Of a stretch of DNA of 64,000 nt, positions 25,470-35,952 are shown one piece after another (the first letter of the stretch is position 1; each line of letters opens with the position of its first letter). The notes below the pieces were generated by a model. It was not told the origin of the DNA and made no database searches. It was given only the letters and a program-made list of their open reading frames with translations. Both the position numbers and the translations under genes were made by a program. The stretch lies in the NCBI GenBank assembly GCA_965261345.1, contig OZ253449.1, forward strand, positions 1,251,317 through 1,315,316. The letters are read 5' to 3'. This DNA is from Chloroflexota bacterium (GTDB lineage: Bacteria > Chloroflexota > UBA11872 > VXNJ01).

Positions 25470-27713
25470 TTGCCCACCGCCAAATCGACGGCCCGCACTT
25501 CCAAGCGGGCCCCCCAGGCCGATCCGCAAACCCCGGCCGGGGCTTGGTTCCTGCTGGCGGCCCTGTCGTCGGCCCTTCTGGCCGGCGCCGGCGTGATCGT
25601 GCCGCTGCTGCCCGATCATCCGCTGGCCCAATTCCCGGCCCAGATCTTCTATCTGGCGCTGGGCCGGGCCGGGCTCCCGGCGATGCTTATCCTGCTGGTG
25701 CTTAGCCTGGTGGCGGCGTTTGCGCTGGCCCTGCAACGCCCGATTGTCAGCCCGCTGCAGACGTCGCTGGCGCTGGCCCTGATCGTGACCCTGGCGGCAT
25801 TTGAATCGCTGCTCTCGCTGGCCGGCGGCGGCGATTTGCAGGCCGGCGGGCTGGTTGGATCGATGCTGGGTTCGGCCTTGGCGGCGGTTTTCCCGGCTGG
25901 CCTCGGAGTGGCCCTCTGCGCCCTGGCGGCGATCGGACTGGCGACCTGGGCGCTTGTTGCCTCGGATTGGGCGCAAAGCCACCTGGGTTGGGTCGGCGCC
26001 AAGGGGATTGCCGGCGGTCGAGCCACCGGCCGCCGGATTGATGCGATGGCCACCTGGCTCAACCAGCGGTTCGATCCCGACGCCGAGGACGCGGCGGCCG
26101 CGCAGCCGGAGGCGGCGAGCGCGGTTGTCGACCCAGCGGCCGATGCGGACCCGGAGCCGCCGGCGATGGCTGGGGAATTGCCCGGGCCGGGCCTGGTGAT
26201 CAAACAACCGGCGCTTGCGCAGGGTTCGGCGATGGCATCGCGTGGCATCCCGATTCCGTTGACCGGTCAATCCGGATGGGTTCTGCCGCCGCCCGACATT
26301 TTCGAAGTACCTGGCCGGCGCGAGAGGGTATCGCACTCTGAGATCACTGAGAACGCGACGATCATCGAGGAGACCCTGGCGAACTTCAAAGTCGACGTCC
26401 GGGTAGTCGAGGCGATCCCCGGACCGGTGGTGACCCAGTATTGCATCGCCCCGGCGGCCGGGGTGCGCGTGACTCACATCACCCGCCATTCCGACGATCT
26501 GGCGCTGGCCCTTGCGGCCCGCAGCATAAGAATTGAATCGCCAATTCCGGGCCGCCCGTTCGTTGGACTGGAGATCCCCAACCGCGATCCGTCGGTGGTA
26601 ACGATCCGCGAGCTGCTTGAATCGCGCGAATTCGTCGAGGACCGCACCGCGCTCAAGATCGCGCTCGGAAAAGACGTGGCCGATCACTCCCAGGTCCGCT
26701 CGCTGGCCCGGATGCCGCACCTGTTAATTGCCGGATCGACCGGATCGGGCAAGTCGGTATTCCTCAACACCGTCTTGATTTCGCTGCTCTGCCAGTACAC
26801 CCCGGATGAGCTGAAGTTGGTGCTGATCGACCCCAAGATGGTTGAATTGGTCCCCTACAATGCCGTGCCGCACCTGCTCATGCCGGTAGTTTCGACGCCG
26901 GCCGATGCGGTCCCGGTGCTGTCCTGGGTACAGCAGGAGATGTCGCGTCGCTATCGCGTGCTGCGCGATTCGGGCCGTCGCAACGTGGCCTCCTACAACG
27001 CCGATCCCAATCTCGGGCAGGATTCGAAACTGCCCTACCTGGTGGTGGTGGTTGACGAGATGGCCGACCTGATGATGACCGCGCCGGCCGAGATCGAGCT
27101 GTCGATCTGCCGCCTGGCCCAGATGGCCCGGGCGGTCGGAATCCACTTGGTAATCGCCACCCAGCGTCCCTCGGTCGACGTGATCACCGGCCTGATTAAG
27201 GCCAACTTCCCCTCGCGCGTGGCCTTCTCGGTCTCCTCGCAGGTCGACTCGCGCACCATCCTCGACCACGCCGGGGCCGAAAAACTGATGGGCCGCGGTG
27301 ACATGCTCTTCAATTCCGCCGAACACGGCAGGAGCGTGCGGGTGCAGGGTGCGTTCGCATCCGACGATGACATCACCGAACTGGTGACCTTTTGGGTAAA
27401 GCAGGGCGAGGGCGAATATGTAAGTGCCGACGAGATCGCCAGCGCCATACCCTCGTCCAGCCCGATTGATGATTCTGAGCTGTACCAGGAGGCCGTCAGC
27501 GTGGTGATGCAGTTCAATTACGCGTCGCCGGCGCTGCTGCAGCGCGAATTGAAACTGGGCGCCGGCAAGGCGACCGACTTGATCGGAAAGCTGGAAGCTG
27601 CCGGTATAGTGGGGCCACAGGAGGGTGAAAGCTCCTCGCGGGCGGTAATTGCCAAATCCAATCCGGCCGACCCGGTTGTCGTCGGATCCTCAGAGGTAGC
27701 CCCTGATGCTTGA
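25470..27713 (+). CDS. ftsK: DNA translocase FtsK
   Basis: N-terminal TM helices, a Pro/Ala-rich linker, the motor domain with Walker A GSTGSGKS, and the C-terminal gamma winged-helix domain are all present. Confidence 0.9.
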   Translation: MPTAKSTARTSKRAPQADPQTPAGAWFLLAALSSALLAGAGVIVPLLPDHPLAQFPAQIFYLALGRAGLPAMLILLVLSLVAAFALALQRPIVSPLQTSLALALIVTLAAFESLLSLAGGGDLQAGGLVGSMLGSALAAVFPAGLGVALCALAAIGLATWALVASDWAQSHLGWVGAKGIAGGRATGRRIDAMATWLNQRFDPDAEDAAAAQPEAASAVVDPAADADPEPPAMAGELPGPGLVIKQPALAQGSAMASRGIPIPLTGQSGWVLPPPDIFEVPGRRERVSHSEITENATIIEETLANFKVDVRVVEAIPGPVVTQYCIAPAAGVRVTHITRHSDDLALALAARSIRIESPIPGRPFVGLEIPNRDPSVVTIRELLESREFVEDRTALKIALGKDVADHSQVRSLARMPHLLIAGSTGSGKSVFLNTVLISLLCQYTPDELKLVLIDPKMVELVPYNAVPHLLMPVVSTPADAVPVLSWVQQEMSRRYRVLRDSGRRNVASYNADPNLGQDSKLPYLVVVVDEMADLMMTAPAEIELSICRLAQMARAVGIHLVIATQRPSVDVITGLIKANFPSRVAFSVSSQVDSRTILDHAGAEKLMGRGDMLFNSAEHGRSVRVQGAFASDDDITELVTFWVKQGEGEYVSADEIASAIPSSSPIDDSELYQEAVSVVMQFNYASPALLQRELKLGAGKATDLIGKLEAAGIVGPQEGESSSRAVIAKSNPADPVVVGSSEVAPDA

Positions 27714-28845
27714 TGTGCAAGCCCTGCGCGAGGATTTCCCCGCGCTCTCGTCAATGACCTTCCTAAACAACGGGGCGGTGGGGATCACCCCGGCCCCGGC
27801 GGTCGATGCGATGTGCCAGGCGTTGCGGTTCTCAGAGGAAGCCGGGCAGCACGCCTACTCGCATTTTGCCGAGGAGCGCGCCTCCGCACGGGCGGCGATG
27901 GCCAAATTCGTCGGCGCCGATCCGGACGAGATCGCCTTTGCCACCAATGCCACCGAGGCGGTCAACTGGATCGTGGCCGCGTTGGCCTTCCGTCCGGGCG
28001 AGGAGGTCTTAATCTCCGACTACGAGCACCCGGCGCTGGTGTATCCAGTCAGCTGGCAGCGCGATTTGGGGCGGATCCGAGCCACCTACTTTGAGGTCTC
28101 GACCGATTCCGATCAGACCCTGGCGGCGGTGGAGGCGGCGATCACCCCGCTGACCCGGATGATTGCGGTCTCGCATGTGGAGCGTCACAACGGGGTGCGT
28201 TTGCCGGTCGAGGCGATCTGCCGGTTGGCCGCCGAACGCGGGATCCTCACCCTTATAGACGGAGCCCAGACGCTGGGGATGATCCCGGTGGACGTGCGCG
28301 CCGTCGGAGCTGATTTCTACATCGGCAACCTGCACAAGTGGTTGTGTGGTCCCAACGGAACCGGGCTGTTCTACGGTCGCGCCGATCGTCTGCGCTTGCT
28401 CACCCAGGCCCATGTCGGGCCGACCCCGGGCAGCGACTGGGATCTGGTTGGCGGCCTCAACCTGCCGCTTACCGCCTCGCGCTTTGAATACGGCACTGCG
28501 ACCGCCGCCCGCTACACCGGGGCGCTGGCCTCGCTTTCCTACCTGGGCGAGATCGGGTTCGACCGGATCGAACGGCAGCTGATTTGGCTCAAGACCCAAA
28601 CCGAGAGCCTGATCGGCGACCATGGCTGGGAGGTCGTTTCGCCAACGCAATGGGAGCGCTCGTCGGCCTTGGTGGCGTTTGCCGTTCCCGGCGGCAATGG
28701 CGGGCAAATCTGCAAAGAATTGGCCGAGCAAAAGATCTATCTCTCGGGCACCCAGGATGGCGGTATCAGGATCTCGCCGCACATTTACAACACCGAAGAC
28801 GAAATCGCGCGATCGCTCGACGCCGTCGCGGTGGCGCTGGGCTAA
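27706..28845 (+). CDS. aminotransferase class V-fold PLP-dependent enzyme (cysteine desulfurase/isopenicillin-N epimerase-like)
   Basis: The ...DFYIGNLHKWLCGPNGTGLFY... region matches the class-V PLP-lysine region. The start overlaps the ftsK stop. Confidence 0.7.
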   Translation: MLDVQALREDFPALSSMTFLNNGAVGITPAPAVDAMCQALRFSEEAGQHAYSHFAEERASARAAMAKFVGADPDEIAFATNATEAVNWIVAALAFRPGEEVLISDYEHPALVYPVSWQRDLGRIRATYFEVSTDSDQTLAAVEAAITPLTRMIAVSHVERHNGVRLPVEAICRLAAERGILTLIDGAQTLGMIPVDVRAVGADFYIGNLHKWLCGPNGTGLFYGRADRLRLLTQAHVGPTPGSDWDLVGGLNLPLTASRFEYGTATAARYTGALASLSYLGEIGFDRIERQLIWLKTQTESLIGDHGWEVVSPTQWERSSALVAFAVPGGNGGQICKELAEQKIYLSGTQDGGIRISPHIYNTEDEIARSLDAVAVALG

Positions 28846-28858
28846 CCGCACCGGACCC

Positions 28859-29275
28859 GTGCAACCGGGCAAATCGGCATCGGCCACGATCACCGAACTG
28901 GCGCTTGCCCTAATCGTCATCACGGTGCTGCTGCTGGCGCTCTGGTATCTGCTGCTCCGAGACCGCGCGTCCGAGCTACCCAACCAGACACTCCAGGACA
29001 GCGTCGGGATGGTCAATGCCGAACAGGATACAGCCCAAAACGCGCTGCGCCAGCTGAACCTCACCGGCACCCCCACCGCGGTGCCCACGCCCAGCCCGCT
29101 GCCAACGGTCGAGCCAACCGCCACGCTCCCGCGCTTCCATTCGGTGATCGCCGGGGAGACCTTAAGCGCGATCGCTGACCTCTATGGTGTGCCGTGGGAG
29201 GAACTGGCCGCATTCAACGGGATCACCGACCCGCGCTCGCTCCAAATCGGCCAAGAGCTCAAGATTCCCAGCTAG
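28859..29275 (+). CDS. LysM domain-containing membrane-anchored protein
   Basis: GTG start just after the aminotransferase stop. It has an N-terminal TM helix and a C-terminal LysM domain (HSVIAGETLSAIADLYGVPWEELAAFNGI...LKIP). Confidence 0.6.
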   Translation: MQPGKSASATITELALALIVITVLLLALWYLLLRDRASELPNQTLQDSVGMVNAEQDTAQNALRQLNLTGTPTAVPTPSPLPTVEPTATLPRFHSVIAGETLSAIADLYGVPWEELAAFNGITDPRSLQIGQELKIPS

Positions 29276-29375
29276 GCCGGGCTCCATTCGCTTGACCGCC
29301 AGGTCCTAGGGGTCTAGGATCCACGCCCGCCCGCCGCCGCTTCGCTACGGCGCGTTCCTGGTTTCGGTCGTTGCG

Positions 29376-30485
29376 ATGTGGGCCAGCCTCTATCTGTATG
29401 TGCCGGCTTTTGCAGTGTTTGCCGAACAGCAGGGCGCCTCGCTGGCGATGGTCGGGGTGATCTGGTCGTCCTACGGCGTCGTGCAGGGGATCCTGCGGAT
29501 CCCCACCGGCTATTTCTCCGACCGGTTGGGGCGCCGCCTGCCGTTTATCGTCATCGGGGTCGGGGTCACCGCGCTCGGTTCGCTGCTCATGGCCCTGTTT
29601 CCGAACCCGCTGGTGCTGACCATCGGCCGGGGCCTGCACGGCTTCGGGGCGACCGCCTTTGTTGTGCAGGCGGTCTACTTTGCCAGCTTCTTCCCGCCCG
29701 AACGGGTCACCGGGGCGCTGTTGAAGATGAACGCAATGACCGCGCTAACCCAGCTTTCGGTCTCACTGATCGGTGGGCAGATGGCGATGCACTTCGGCCA
29801 ACTGTCCACGTTCTGGGGGTCGGCAGTGCTGGGGGCGATCTCGGTTGCCGCGATGTTCGTTGCCGGCGAACAGCACATCGCCCGGCGCGCCAATTTCGAC
29901 TTTTCAAGCTTCAAATCGATTTTTGCCAACCGCACCCTGCTGCTGGCCTCTGGCACCGCGGCGCTGCTGGTCTTTGGCGAATTCGGCATCACCCAGACTT
30001 ACATGTTGCTGCTGGCCGACCGCCTGGGGGCCGATTCAGGGTTCCTGGGGCTGCTCACGGCGCTCAATTACCTCGCAGTCGGCGTGGTGGCGCTGGTTTT
30101 GGCCCAATTTGCAAATTATTCGGAACGAACGGTGGTCATATATGGCCTCATCGTCTCGGGCATCGCGCTGACATTGATGCCGTTGGTGGGTGGACTGGTC
30201 GGGCTGACCGTGCTTGCACTGATTAAGGGCACGGCCCGCGGGGCGATGATGCCGTCGCTGATGGGGCTCTCGCTCAAGTCGGTCGAGCCGGACTCTCGGG
30301 CATCGGCGATGGGCATCTTCCAAGCAACCTACGCGATCGGGATGTTCGGCGGTCCGCTGACCACTGGAATAATCGGCCAGATCGCCGGATTGACGGCTCC
30401 TTTCTATGTTGTGGGGATCGCGACAGGGCTCTCGACGATTGCAGCGGTCGTGCTTTTTCCGCGCCCAAAAACCCGCATGATTTGA
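29376..30485 (+). CDS. MFS transporter
   Basis: 369-aa polytopic protein with 12 predicted TM segments and the MFS loop motif ...GYFSDRLGRR... Confidence 0.7.
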   Translation: MWASLYLYVPAFAVFAEQQGASLAMVGVIWSSYGVVQGILRIPTGYFSDRLGRRLPFIVIGVGVTALGSLLMALFPNPLVLTIGRGLHGFGATAFVVQAVYFASFFPPERVTGALLKMNAMTALTQLSVSLIGGQMAMHFGQLSTFWGSAVLGAISVAAMFVAGEQHIARRANFDFSSFKSIFANRTLLLASGTAALLVFGEFGITQTYMLLLADRLGADSGFLGLLTALNYLAVGVVALVLAQFANYSERTVVIYGLIVSGIALTLMPLVGGLVGLTVLALIKGTARGAMMPSLMGLSLKSVEPDSRASAMGIFQATYAIGMFGGPLTTGIIGQIAGLTAPFYVVGIATGLSTIAAVVLFPRPKTRMI

Positions 30486-30528
30486 GCTGGCGACCGGCCG
30501 GCAAATTAGACTGGTCTTCGCTTTTCAG

Positions 30529-31038
30529 ATGGTCGCCCCAGCGGCCGATTCATGTTGTCCGGAACTGAGATTGGTGCGTCGCAAGCAAAAAAAACGAGGC
30601 TACTCCGAGATCGATCGCGGCCCTTTGGGGGCAGCGATTTTTCAGACCCGCAAACAGCGCCGGCTGACACAGATGGAGCTGGCCAACCGCCTGGGCCGCA
30701 ATCGGCCCTGGGTCTCCAACGTGGAAACCGGCAAGGTCAAGATCCTCAACGAAGAGGATCTGGTCGGCCTATCGGCGGTCTTGAGAATTAGCATCTCATC
30801 GCTGCGGGCCGCCCACGATTTGACCGCCGCCACCCAGGTTGTGAGCGCCCCGGGCTATACGATCCTGCAATCGAACCGAAATTGCACGAACTGTCACCAC
30901 GTGGTGGAACCGGATGCAGGCTTTTGCACTCATTGCGGTTCCGGCCAGCCGATGCAGATCAACTGCCCAGCCTGCGCCAGGCCGAACAACCCGGGCGCCC
31001 GTTTCTGCGCGCGCTGCGGGTCGCAGCTACAGGGCTAA
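30529..31038 (+). CDS. XRE-family helix-turn-helix transcriptional regulator with a C-terminal double zinc-ribbon
   Basis: HTH_3-like RRLTQMELANRLGRNRPWVSNVETG region. The C-terminal CTNCHH...CTHCG...CPACA...CARCG segment gives four CxxC pairs. The true start is possibly internal. Confidence 0.5.
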   Translation: MVAPAADSCCPELRLVRRKQKKRGYSEIDRGPLGAAIFQTRKQRRLTQMELANRLGRNRPWVSNVETGKVKILNEEDLVGLSAVLRISISSLRAAHDLTAATQVVSAPGYTILQSNRNCTNCHHVVEPDAGFCTHCGSGQPMQINCPACARPNNPGARFCARCGSQLQG

Positions 31039-31272
31039 CCACCGGGTCCCAACCCGGGCAGCCGGCGGTCGCGCGACCGGTCCGAACTTTAAGGCTCAAT
31101 GCCGCCGTAGCGGGGTGATTTTGGCGGAACGCGAAGCCGGCCGTCTTTCGGCCCGATCTATCCGATCGCCAATCCGGTTTCGGCCTGGTGGTCAAGACCG
31201 GGGCCGGCCAGCGCGTAACTGGATCGGCCGCCGATCCAATCTAGAGGGGCGTTGGCTCCAGATTCTTAAGGG

Positions 31273-31596
31273 TTAGGCGACCCGGTCCAGGCTGGATTTG
31301 ATCTTGGCTTCGGGCACGTAGCCGACGATTCGGTCGACCTCGACACCACCCTTGATAAACAACAGAGTCGGTATCCCGCGCACGCCGAAGTGGGTTGCGT
31401 ATTGAGTGTTTTGGTCGGTATCGACCTTGACGAACTTGACCCGATCGGAGTACTCGCCGGCCAGCTTTTCAAAGACTGGCGCCATCATCTTGCAGGGCCC
31501 ACACCACTCGGCCCAAAAATCGATGATCACCGGGTTTTCCGATTCGATCACTTGGGATTGAAATTCTGCGTCGGCGACGTGGAAATAAGCAGCCAT
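31273..31596 (-). CDS. trxA: thioredoxin
   Basis: 107-aa ORF with the WCGPC active site. Confidence 0.9.
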   Translation of the reverse strand: MAAYFHVADAEFQSQVIESENPVIIDFWAEWCGPCKMMAPVFEKLAGEYSDRVKFVKVDTDQNTQYATHFGVRGIPTLLFIKGGVEVDRIVGYVPEAKIKSSLDRVA

Positions 31597-31646
31597 CGGC
31601 CTATCGTCCTTTGGGTTTTGGGTTGGCTCAGATTACCTGCGCGATG

Positions 31647-34319
31647 TTAGCCGACGACGATATTGAGCAAGCGTCCGGGAACATGGATCACCTTGCGCAC
31701 GGTTTTGGCATCGATGTGGGCTTGCACATTGGGCAGCGCCAGGGCGGCCTCCAGGACGTCCGCCTCCTCCAAGTCGACCGCAACTTGCAGGCGCTCTCGG
31801 ACCCGGCCATTGACCTGAACCGCCACGGTGATTGATTCCCGAACGAGCAGCTTGGGATCGGCCTGCGGCCACTCGACCCGGACGATGCTGTCGCAGTTGC
31901 CCAACCGGTGCCAGAGCTCCTCGGCCAGGTGCGGCGCCACCGGCGCGATCAGGCGCACCAGGATGTCCTTGATCTCCGCCCCAACCGCCGATTGGTCCAG
32001 CTCGGTAGACCAGATCTGGGTCAGCTCGTTTACCGGCTCCATCAGCCCGTTGGCCAGCATGGTGTTAAAGCGCAGCCGCTCGATATCGTCCGAACACTTG
32101 GCAATCGCCCGGTGGGCGATCTGCCTGGCCTTTTCCTGCGCCTGCGCCAACGGCAATCGAGGGGTCTTGGGCGTCTCCAGAGTATTGGTGACCAATCGCC
32201 AGAACCGGCGATAGAAGCGGGTTATGCCGTTGAGCCCGCTCTCACTCCAGGGCAGTGTGCCTTCCAGCGGAGCCATAAATAGCTCATAGCCGCGCAGCGC
32301 GTCGGCGCCGTAGCGTTCCACCACGCTATCGGGCGATACCACGTTGCCCATCGACTTGGACATCTTGCCCGATCGAATCGGCGCCCAGTCATCGACCGGG
32401 TCGCCGAGCAGCTCGAACTCGGCCTTGCTGGGGGCGTGGTAGAGAAAGTCGCGCGAATCGCCAGACGGGCTCGAGTACACATCGAATCCGTCGGGGTTGC
32501 GGGCCGAAACCCGCCCACCGGCCAATCGCGCCTGTTCCAGATTGACCCAACCGTCCTCGGCCAACATCATTCCCTGGTGGCGCAGCGCCTTGAACGGCTC
32601 CGAGCTCGGAACATATCCGGCATCGTAGAGGACCTTGTTCCAAAAGCGGGCGTAGAGCAGGTGCATCACCGAGTGCTCGGCCCCACCGACATATAGATCG
32701 ACCGGCATCCAGCGCTTGCCGGCTTCGGCCTCGACCGGCCCGCCGTCGTAGTCGGGGGTGATAAATCGCAGGAAGTACCAGGAGGAACAGGCAAATCCAC
32801 CCAGCGTGTCGGTCTCGCGGCGCGCCGGACCCGAGCATTGCGGACACTCCGTCTCCACCCAGTCGCGGGCTCGCTCCAGCGGTGACCCCAACTCCGGATC
32901 GGGCTTAAAGTCGGCCAGTGGCGGCAGGGTGACCGGGAGCTCGCCCTCGGGTATTGGAACCTGGCCGCAATCCCGGCAGTGGACGATCGGGATCGGGCAG
33001 CCCCAGTACCGCTGCCTGGAAATGAGCCAGTCGCGCAGGCGGTAATTTACCTCGGCCTGGCCGCGCCCCTGTTCGGATAGGAAATTGGTAACGATCGCGA
33101 TCGCCTCAAGCGAATCCAATCCGTTATGGATCCCCGAATTGATCAGCCGGCCCTCGCCGATGTAGGCCTCATCCAGCGGTTCCCCGTCCCAGTCGGGCGG
33201 CTCGATGACCACCACGATCTGCAGGCCGAATTTCGTGGCGAAGTCAAAATCCCGCTGATCGTGGGCCGGCACCGCCATGATCGCTCCCGATCCATAACCG
33301 GCCAAAACGTAGTCGGCCACCCAGATCGGGATGCGCTGTTGGTTGACCGGATTGATCGCGTAGCTGCCGGTAAAGACGCCGGTCTTTTCGCGATCGGTGG
33401 CTGAGCGTTCGATCTCCGAACTTCGCAGCGCCTGATCCACATAGGCTGCGACCTCGGCTTGCTGAGCAGGCGTTGTCAACGTTGCAAGTTCTGGGTGTTC
33501 GGGTGCCAGGACCATGAAGGTGGCCCCGTAAAGCGTGTCCGGCCGCGTCGTGTAGACGCTAAGTTCCGGCCCTGATTCGGTTCGAAAATCCACGTTGGCG
33601 CCGGTCGAGCGGCCGATCCAGTTGACCTGCATCCGCTTGGTTGATTCGGGCCAGTCGACCTGGTCCAGGTCGGAAAGTAAGCGATCGGCATAGGCGCGTA
33701 TCCGGAAGAACCACTGCCGCAGCGGTTTGCGGTAGACGTTGGAGTGTCCGCGCCAGTCGCGCCCGTCGGCCAGAACTTCCTCGTCGGCTAGGGCTCCACA
33801 GGTGTCACACCACCATTGCCGCTTTTCGGCTCGGTACGCTAGGCCGCGCTCAAACAGTTTTAGGAAGATCCACTGGGTCCAGCGATAGTAGTCAGGATGC
33901 GATGAATTGATCTCCCGGTCCCAGTCGTAGCCGCACCCCACCAATTTGAGTTGCCGCTTGTAATTTGCGGCGTACTCGACTATCGATTCAGCCGGATGGC
34001 GACCCTTGTCGATCGCGTCCTGTTCAGCCGGCAGCCCGAACGCGTCCCAGCCCATCGGGTGGAGGACCTCAAACCCGCGCATCCGTTTGTAGCGCGCGAA
34101 CGCGTCAACTGGAATGTAGTTGCGAAAGTGCCCGACCGAGAGGCCATCACCTGATGGGTATGGAAAAAATTCAAGCGCGTAATACGGCGGTTTGTCCGAA
34201 TAGGTGTCGGTACGGTAAACGCCGCCGGCTTCCCAGTCGCGTTGCCACTTCGACTCGATCTTGGCAAATTGATATTCGTCGAAATCGGATTGGCCGGAGG
34301 CCTGGATTTGAGTGGGCAT
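31647..34319 (-). CDS. leuS: leucine--tRNA ligase
   Basis: The start was trimmed to the internal ATG (MPTQIQ...) at 34319. The HIGH-type region PYPSGDGLSVGH, the CP1 editing domain and a KMSKS motif (GKMSKSMGN) are present. Confidence 0.95.
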   Translation of the reverse strand: MPTQIQASGQSDFDEYQFAKIESKWQRDWEAGGVYRTDTYSDKPPYYALEFFPYPSGDGLSVGHFRNYIPVDAFARYKRMRGFEVLHPMGWDAFGLPAEQDAIDKGRHPAESIVEYAANYKRQLKLVGCGYDWDREINSSHPDYYRWTQWIFLKLFERGLAYRAEKRQWWCDTCGALADEEVLADGRDWRGHSNVYRKPLRQWFFRIRAYADRLLSDLDQVDWPESTKRMQVNWIGRSTGANVDFRTESGPELSVYTTRPDTLYGATFMVLAPEHPELATLTTPAQQAEVAAYVDQALRSSEIERSATDREKTGVFTGSYAINPVNQQRIPIWVADYVLAGYGSGAIMAVPAHDQRDFDFATKFGLQIVVVIEPPDWDGEPLDEAYIGEGRLINSGIHNGLDSLEAIAIVTNFLSEQGRGQAEVNYRLRDWLISRQRYWGCPIPIVHCRDCGQVPIPEGELPVTLPPLADFKPDPELGSPLERARDWVETECPQCSGPARRETDTLGGFACSSWYFLRFITPDYDGGPVEAEAGKRWMPVDLYVGGAEHSVMHLLYARFWNKVLYDAGYVPSSEPFKALRHQGMMLAEDGWVNLEQARLAGGRVSARNPDGFDVYSSPSGDSRDFLYHAPSKAEFELLGDPVDDWAPIRSGKMSKSMGNVVSPDSVVERYGADALRGYELFMAPLEGTLPWSESGLNGITRFYRRFWRLVTNTLETPKTPRLPLAQAQEKARQIAHRAIAKCSDDIERLRFNTMLANGLMEPVNELTQIWSTELDQSAVGAEIKDILVRLIAPVAPHLAEELWHRLGNCDSIVRVEWPQADPKLLVRESITVAVQVNGRVRERLQVAVDLEEADVLEAALALPNVQAHIDAKTVRKVIHVPGRLLNIVVG

Positions 34320-35074
34320 TAAGGAAATACGGTAGATATCTAGTGGCGGCGACGCTTCGGCCGGGCGCTTGCAAATATCAACGATGATTTTTCGATGAAA
34401 TCGGCAATTTGCGTTGATATTGGGGATTTCGATTCGGCACTGCAATTGTCCAATCTCCGCCGACGCGCTCGAACAAGGCCAGTAACGCCCACCCCGGCGC
34501 CGGCGGGGCCATCGGGCTCGGACGGCCGGTGGCGCAATCTCGCCGCGGTCGGTGGGTCTGCCGGGCGGGCAGCCGGGTATCCGGTTCGCAGCAGAAGACC
34601 GCCAACCGCGATCCCGGCCCCGCAACAATGTCGAATTTGGTCGCGAGACGGGTTTCGTCGCCGACCACGACCAGCCTGTGCAACCGAGGGTTCATCTCCC
34701 GCAATCTGTCCCTTGCGCCCTCGGGTCAACGGTTGGGCGCCGATGTTCGTCCTGCTGGCGACCAACTCGGTGCCCGCTGGTCGAGCAGCCAAACCTGCAG
34801 CGAATGTGAAACTTGATACCGTTTGGCACCGCCGGTGATCGAGATCAGATGCGACCAATTGTTGAGGCGATGAGTGTGGGTGGGATTAGCCGCTTGCCCG
34901 GGTTGTACCAAACACATCCATCAATTCGGAGTCAACCGGGACGACGTAGGCCCGCAATTTCCCTTTCACCCTGGCAATTTGTGACTTTGAGCACTCCCCC
35001 GTGTCGTGATAACCGGGTAGAAACTCATTGTTTGCGTGGTCCAATACTGCAGATTTGTGCCGAGGAGGACAGCG

Positions 35075-35539
35075 ATGGCAAAGACCGTATATCTCGCAAA
35101 CCCGTACGGATTTTCAGCCCAGCAGAAGAGGGCGCTGCTTCCGCCGATAGTTTCGGCGCTGGAGGAGCTGGGACTGGAGGTATGGGAGCCATTCGCTCGA
35201 AATAACCAGGGAGATTTCCTCGAGAGCGGATGGGCACACCAAGTCGGGCAGCGAGATTTTGAGGACGTGAAGAATTCGGACGCCATCTTTGCCGTGGTCA
35301 ACGGCGTTCCTCCCGACGAGGGCGTAATGGTGGAGCTGGGCATGGCAATTGCATCGGGTAAGCCGACGTTCCTGTTCCGGGACGATATCCGCCGTGTTGC
35401 CGACAGCGACTCGTACCCGCTAAACCTCATGCTGTTCACCGGCTTGCCGCTCGAAGGTTGGGAGGAGTACTACTACACCTCAATAGAGGAAATCTCCTCG
35501 CCCGAAAAAGCGCTGGCTCGCTGGGCCACCCAACCGTAA
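35075..35539 (+). CDS. nucleoside 2-deoxyribosyltransferase-like protein
   Basis: ATG at 35075 with a GAGGAGGA RBS. MAKTVYLANPYGF...AVVNGVPPDEGVMVELGMAIASGKPTFLFRDD matches the NDT/RCL family fold. Confidence 0.6.
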   Translation: MAKTVYLANPYGFSAQQKRALLPPIVSALEELGLEVWEPFARNNQGDFLESGWAHQVGQRDFEDVKNSDAIFAVVNGVPPDEGVMVELGMAIASGKPTFLFRDDIRRVADSDSYPLNLMLFTGLPLEGWEEYYYTSIEEISSPEKALARWATQP

Positions 35540-35952
35540 CCGCTCCTGGTTGGGGCCGAATCGGGAGCGACCTCCGTATTTAGCAGTTAAGGGATGGCGC
35601 TGTCGGTCACGCCCTTCTGCCTTCCTTGCGGTGCGACTCAACAAGCCCTCTCGGGCCAGGATCTTGAATTTTTCCGGCCGAGTTGCAGCGCGAAATCCTG
35701 GTGCTGTGAGGTCAATCCCCACTTAGACGGTCAATATCCAGCCCGGTCGGTCGTACTCACCTTCAGCGGCCTGAATTCGGGCCGGTCCGGTCTGACAGAA
35801 TTTTCAAAGTTGCTGGGCAGCGGCAATTGCTCCGCGTCGGTCGCAATAAGCCTCAGCAATTCGACTAACCACCCCATCTCGGTCGACATCGCCGGCGCGA
35901 CCGCCAGCCACGGGAGCAAGGCGCAATCGCAACCCAACGGGGTTCGGGCCGT

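Noticed and set aside
25245-26720. 491-aa ORF antisense to ftsK, and similar long antisense ORFs opposite ileS (11486..12688), rnj (24445..25350), rarA (54437..55282), dapA (22042..22839) and the enolase gene (7841..8929).
   Set aside because: They are typical stop-codon-poor antisense frames of a high-GC genome. They have no domain signatures, Arg/Pro/Ala-rich composition, and are fully contained within well-supported genes.
28622-28858. N-terminal 80 aa of the track ORF 28622..29275, which overlaps the aminotransferase gene.
   Set aside because: It overlaps the well-supported class-V aminotransferase in a different frame. A GTG start right after that gene's stop gives a sensible signal-anchor LysM protein.
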